A DNA stretch of 64,000 bases from Hydrolagus colliei (Eukaryota): NCBI GenBank assembly GCA_035084275.1, contig CM068752.1, positions 13,082,001 through 13,146,000 of the forward strand. Reading direction: 5' to 3'. The notes beneath the pieces were generated by a model that was not told where the DNA came from, ran no database searches, and saw nothing but the letters and a program-made list of their open reading frames with translations. Every line of letters begins with the position of its first letter. Position 1 is the stretch's first letter. Positions 60,001-64,000 of the stretch are shown in pieces. The translations under genes were made by a program, and so were the position numbers.

Positions 60001-62435
60001 GGGAAAGACAAGGTAGGGTGGAGGGGAAGGACAGAGGTGGGAGGGCAGCAGAAGGCACGATCAAACAGGAGGGTCTTGAGACCGGCGTTGAAAAAGGCAA
60101 AGGAGGAAGTGAGGTGAAGAAACTGTGGGATGGAGTTCCGGAGTTGGGGGCAGAGAGCCTGCAAGCCCATCCACCAATGCTAGGGCCGGTTGGGCAGGGG
60201 ACATGGAGCAGACTGTAGCCTGCTGAACCGAAGGGGTGGGCATGTTCATAGGGAGACAGCGGGTCAGAGAGATAGGAGTGAGGACGAGGATCTTGAATTT
60301 GATCCTCTGGAAGATGGGGAGTCAATGGAGCGCATTTTTCTAACACTGGTGATTATCAGTGGACTCCACCTATTCACAAGTGGCTGAAATTGGCCAGTGA
60401 GGAGGAGGTATAAGGAAGAATAAGGGAGGGTAATCACAGCCGCTTATGAATGGGCTGTCAACCAGCTCAGCACCAATTGGTTCACTTCCCTTCCAATGGG
60501 AATGCTAACTAGTACCTCCGCTCCACTGTTGGTTGGGAAAGTATTTTGGTTAACCACAGACACCTCTTAGGTCGGACAAAACAGCGGTCCCTGATATGTC
60601 TGGCTTAACCAGCTCCCACTGTTTACATCAAGATCCAGAAGAACTCTCACTCTAATGTGTTATAATCTACCCAGGAATGGTTAAAGCCAAATACTCACAC
60701 ATGACGTTGATGTCAGCTGCACTGGTGTCATTTCCCTGTGAATTATTTACCACACAGGTAAAGGTTCCTGAATCCTTTTTGGATATTGTTCTGAACAACA
60801 AGACGCTGCCTGTACTTTTGAGAGTTTCTCTTGCGTTTGTGTTTCTTTTTGTCTTGTACCAGGTGTACGTAACTTGAGGGTAACTGTCAGTGCCGCATGT
60901 CAGCGTCATATTTTCAATCCCCTCAATGATTTCCAAAGGTCCATTTATATGAACTGTTGTATTTTGGGGGGCATCTGAAATGTGGAGAGAATTGTGTTGG
61001 AAGCAGCCATGATATTGACAACATGGTGATATAAGCCACATGATGATATAACAGTGTTTTATTATCAGGAGTTCACTGTACATTGTTCCAGGACATTAGA
61101 ACCTTCCCCATTGTGATTGATTCTCTCACATTATCTGTCAGTGGTGTTTTGTCCCTGTAAATATGCTGGGGTATCATCCATTCTAGGGGAATAGTTGGCT
61201 TTGAGCCCTTTGAGCCTCTGTAGAATCCCATGCAGAAGGAGGGCAAAATCTGTGTTCTCCCTGACTAAAAAAAAGGACATTTTACTTATTGAGTATCCTC
61301 GTTATGATGCCCCCCATGAAGTAACCTGCCAGGCATGATGATCATCAAATCAAGTACAGTACTTTGTTCCATGATAGAAATTCATTTAACACGACTGTCT
61401 TGTACAGACACTGGTGGGGTAAGTAATAGAAAATGAAAGTTGAATTAACAGAAGGTACTCTATCAATGTAATTTTGTTTGTTGTTTGTACTTGGGAGCAA
61501 AATACTGAAAGCAGGCAATTACTGGGAAAGGCGGGTCAAGTGGTAGAACAGAACCAACACAAAACCTCTTGAGACCTTTCTGTACAGTTTGGAATCATTA
61601 GAACGCTGCTTCAGTATGGATAACTTACATTTTACCTGAAGTGTTATGTTGCCTTGTTTGGAATATTGGTGGTTAGGAGAACTGACCACACATTTGATCA
61701 GCTTGAGATGATCTCTGTATGAGGGGATAAAAGTGAATGAACTGGTGAGGACCCGGTTAGATACAGACTGTTTTTCCTCAGTCACGGTTTCCTGCTTTGT
61801 CAGCTCAGTGATTCCTTCCCAGGTCAACTTGGCTCTGACCTGATCATCAATGTTAGAGGAGGAACATGATAAAGTGGTGCTGATCCCCTCAGTCACTTCA
61901 CTTGGGAGGACATTGGGGTTGCCAGGACGACCTAACAAAAGGAAACAGAAATAAACAATGTTCAAAATTGTCACCTGGTCAAAATTGGCACCTCTAAATA
62001 CTGGATAAAAACACCTGCAAACTTGTCTGTCTGTCTGCTGGTTTGTCAAATATGTAACAAGAAGTGAGAAGGAATATTTACCATACACCATGACATTGAT
62101 GGGATGTTGTCCGGTCCAAGCATTGAAATCCTGGATCTCAAACCTGAAGCAATAGTCACCAGAATCAGCTTTATTGAGGTTGTTTATCTCAGTTGAGCAG
62201 TTTTTATTTTTCAGATTTCCTGTTAATTTTATTCTATTGTATCTTTGGGGCTGGCTGCTTTCATATACCAACGTCGCTTGAGAATTGCATGGAGAACCTT
62301 TGAACCATTTGCCGATTATATTATATTGTTCATTCGGTGGGTCAGGGTGTTTGAATGAACATTTCAGAATCACAGACTCTCCCTCCAACCCAGCAGCAGA
62401 ACTGGAAAACGAGACTCCCCAATCATTGGCAGAAG
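44825..62435 (-). CDS. Siglec-like paralogue B (CD22/sialoadhesin-like inhibitory receptor), V-C-4xC2-TM-3 tail exons; leader exon lies beyond the window
   Basis: join 62082-62435, 61629-61931, 60699-60974, 56854-57129, 54952-55227, 53095-53370, 50473-50574, 50119-50180, 45818-46003, 44825-45022. All GT-AG, phases compatible, no internal stops seen. Confidence 0.88.
45818..46003 (-). CDS. Paralogue B cytoplasmic exon 2 with YENM and SIYSTI
   Basis: 186 nt, phase 0-0. Confidence 0.85.
46045..46900 (-). mobile_element. L2 fragment with a nested plus-strand CR1 3' tail (~46228-46350)
   Basis: L2 motifs in ORFs 46356-46616 and 46552-46860. Tail gggccgaatggcctactcctgctcctaattcttatgttcttatg. Confidence 0.7.
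48163..48705 (+). mobile_element. 5'-truncated non-LTR (L1/Tx1-like) 3' end with a perfect 17-bp TSD
   Basis: acctttgggctgctact at 48146-48162 and 48706-48722, T-rich 3' UTR, A-rich end. Confidence 0.6.
50119..50180 (-). CDS. Paralogue B cytoplasmic exon 1 (RKQPKNDSQAMMIDEFSNSNQ)
   Basis: 62 nt, phase 1-0. Confidence 0.8.
50473..50574 (-). CDS. Paralogue B transmembrane exon (CWSDNLLSISIGGIVVLVLLLTVMLVYCIKRLNQ)
   Basis: 102 nt, phase 1-1, GTAAGT donor. Confidence 0.88.
53095..53370 (-). CDS. Paralogue B C2-set exon d
   Basis: 276 nt tandem duplicate, open. The intron upstream of the acceptor is replaced after about 20 nt. Confidence 0.87.
54740..54858 (+). mobile_element. Penelope-type short repeat with a hammerhead-like core
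   Basis: CTGACGA-agggtcatggacct-GAAA followed by ctccatagatgctgcctgacctgctgagt. Confidence 0.6.
54952..55227 (-). CDS. Paralogue B C2-set exon c
   Basis: 276 nt tandem duplicate, open, same splice sites. Confidence 0.9.
56854..57129 (-). CDS. Paralogue B C2-set exon b
   Basis: 276 nt tandem duplicate, open, same splice sites. Confidence 0.9.
57820..57935 (-). mobile_element. Second copy of the Penelope-type short repeat
   Basis: Reverse complement of the 54740 element with a more decayed core (CAGACAA...GAAAC). Confidence 0.6.
58500..58795 (+). mobile_element. tRNA/Deu SINE (degraded)
   Basis: tagctcagg head, gtgggaccctactgtgtgctattggct core, caaatgcaatgattatt tail. Confidence 0.65.
58810..59810 (+). 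mobile_element. L2 RT and 3' fragment
   Basis: YLDDTQLY, FLQLNV, SRLDYANS. The 3' part is shared with paralogue A at ~26040-26270. Confidence 0.8.
59900..60325 (-). mobile_element. L2 3' fragment
   Basis: (CAA)n tail. A remnant is present at the orthologous site in A (~26415-26535). Confidence 0.78.
60699..60974 (-). CDS. Paralogue B C2-set exon a
   Basis: 276 nt, ttctctccacatttcag acceptor, GTGAGT donor. Confidence 0.9.
61629..61931 (-). CDS. Paralogue B Ig domain 2 exon
   Basis: 303 nt, 3 aa differences from paralogue A. Confidence 0.92.
62082..62435 (-). CDS. Paralogue B V-set domain exon (intact)
   Basis: 354 nt. SANDWGVSF...KGSPC...DYCFRFEIQDFNAWTGQH. Essential Arg codon at 62143-62145. 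Confidence 0.92.
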
Positions 62436-62599
62436 CTGTGGAAGAGGAAACAGACAGACTCCATTACTGGTTGCCCGAGGACTAATAATAATTCTATGGA
62501 ATACCAGGCAGGTGGTATCTTTCCGCACTGTCCCCTTCTTTAGGAAGATTTTTAAACAAAGGCATCATCGTCTAACAGATATGCTAATATGTAAAGTTA

Positions 62600-63312
62600 T
62601 CTCCGCATCTCAGGACTGACAACATCAGCATTCGAGGCTGCTCTCTCCACCTCTCGAAGCCAGTCAGGAATCTGGGCACCTTGTTTGACCCTGAACTGTC
62701 CTTCCTCTCTCATACAGGTCGATTATGGGAACTCTCTCCTTGATGGCCTTCCCAGCTCCTCCCTTCACAAGTTGCAGATGATTCAGAATTCTGCAGCTCG
62801 TGTACTCTCCCGCAAGAGGCTCCGTAACCACATCACTCCCACCCTCGCCCATCTCCATTGGCTCCCCATCTCCCAGAGGATCAAATTCAAGATCCTCACC
62901 TTCAAGGCCATTCACGGTCTCGCCCCCATCTATCTCTGTGACCTGCTGTCTCCCTATCAGCCTGCCTGTCCCCTCCAGTCAGCAGGCTCTGGCCTCCTTG
63001 CCCTAACTGCCCTACCATCAGCGGCCAGGCTTTCAGTCTCTCTGCTCCCACACTATGGAACTCCATCTCGCAATCCCTTTGCCTCACTTCCTCCGTTTCC
63101 TCCTTCAAGGCTGGTCTTAAGACCTTCCTCTTCGAGGGGAGCCTTTTGCTCCCCTCCAAACTCTTCACCCTCTCCTACTCTCCTTCCCCTTCCCCGTACT
63201 CCAACCTCCCCACCCCCCGCTCGGGTCCCAACCTGATTGTTTAGGGCCTTGGGATGTCCTCCCGACATGAAAGGCGCTCTATAAATGTAATTTTGTTGTT
63301 GTTCTTGTTGTT
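62600..63312 (+). mobile_element. L2 3' fragment in the leader-V intron of B
   Basis: DYGNSLL.GLP...QMIQNSAARVL...LHWLPI, (GTT)n tail. Absent at the orthologous site in A. Confidence 0.85.
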
Positions 63313-64000
63313 ACAAGAAATGTATTTAAGTTGGCAGAAGCCTGACATTCCACCATAACACAGGAATTGTGGAACAGCAACACAACAACCGTGGAGGGGA
63401 GCAGACACATGGGCAGGACATGGCACCCCTCTTACAATCACCTCCCATTAAGCCAGTCCAGCCCCAGTCAATGGGATAGGATCATTATCATCTCCTTAAA
63501 AAGATGCAGGTTCACTCCTCGAGCCTCCTCCCCGAGGTCCCAGTGGCCACTACAATAATTCATGCTGAGATGTATGGCCCACAGTGAAGCTCACAGAGTA
63601 TCTACCATCCGCCTTGTCAGAACTGAAACCCGCTCTAGTCAGATGCCGAATCACCGAAAGTAATTATAGTGATTACTCTCCTTGGGGCCGGGGGAGTGGG
63701 GGAAACGGATGGTAAACAGGTTCTATTTGGCAATGAAATGTTCGAATAGAGCCAGCCCTTTGTTGTTGTCTTATGAGTCCAGTTCTTGAGCTAGGCAGGT
63801 CCACAGTATTCCAGGCACTGCTGATGACAGCACAGCCAATCTGGCTCATTGCAGGATTTGGAAGGGTAACCAGTCACTGGGGCAAGGAGTCATCCCACTC
63901 AGTTCCTGTTAACAGTGCAAGCCAATGTCCTAACAGGTAGGTTGCCATTGATGTACCAGACAGGAACATCAATGGCAAGCTATGTGGTTTTAGCTGGTTA

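Noticed and set aside
61519-62388. 289-aa ORF as a single-exon gene
   Set aside because: It spans the V exon, a 150-nt GT-AG intron, the D2 exon and downstream intron. The same holds for 28348-29073.
1-64000. CRISPR arrays, rRNA genes or prokaryotic operon-type systems
   Set aside because: The sequence is spliced, TE-rich vertebrate DNA. There are no regularly spaced repeat-spacer arrays or rRNA-like segments, and the recurring short motifs are LINE/SINE tails.

Overview
Vertebrate genomic DNA, most likely a cartilaginous fish: there are abundant CR1 and L2 LINE fragments and Deu-domain SINEs, but the species cannot be fixed from sequence alone. The window holds one complete 6-exon ARL3-like small GTPase gene (minus strand, CDS 3699-14859, 187 aa) embedded in a cluster of three Siglec-like (sialoadhesin/CD22-type) Ig receptor paralogues. 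Paralogue C: only the terminal exon and 3' UTR, on the PLUS strand at ~630-2240, with a frameshifted, ITIM-depleted tail. Paralogue A (minus, 18771-30967): leader, V, C, 1xC2, TM and 3 tail exons, with an in-frame TGA in the V exon. Paralogue B (minus, 44825 to beyond 62435, leader outside the window): V, C, 4 tandem C2 exons, TM and 3 tail exons, with all visible exons open. A and B are nearly identical across the V-intron-C block but only about 50% identical in the TM and proximal tail exons. This resembles the gene-conversion pattern of paired Siglec receptors. The rest is TE-rich intron and intergenic DNA: CR1, L2, tRNA/Deu SINEs, Tigger-like MITEs, one L1/Tx1-like insert with a 17-bp TSD, and two degenerate Penelope-type hammerhead motifs. 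Exon coordinates and identity counts were derived by hand. Repeat boundaries are approximate.
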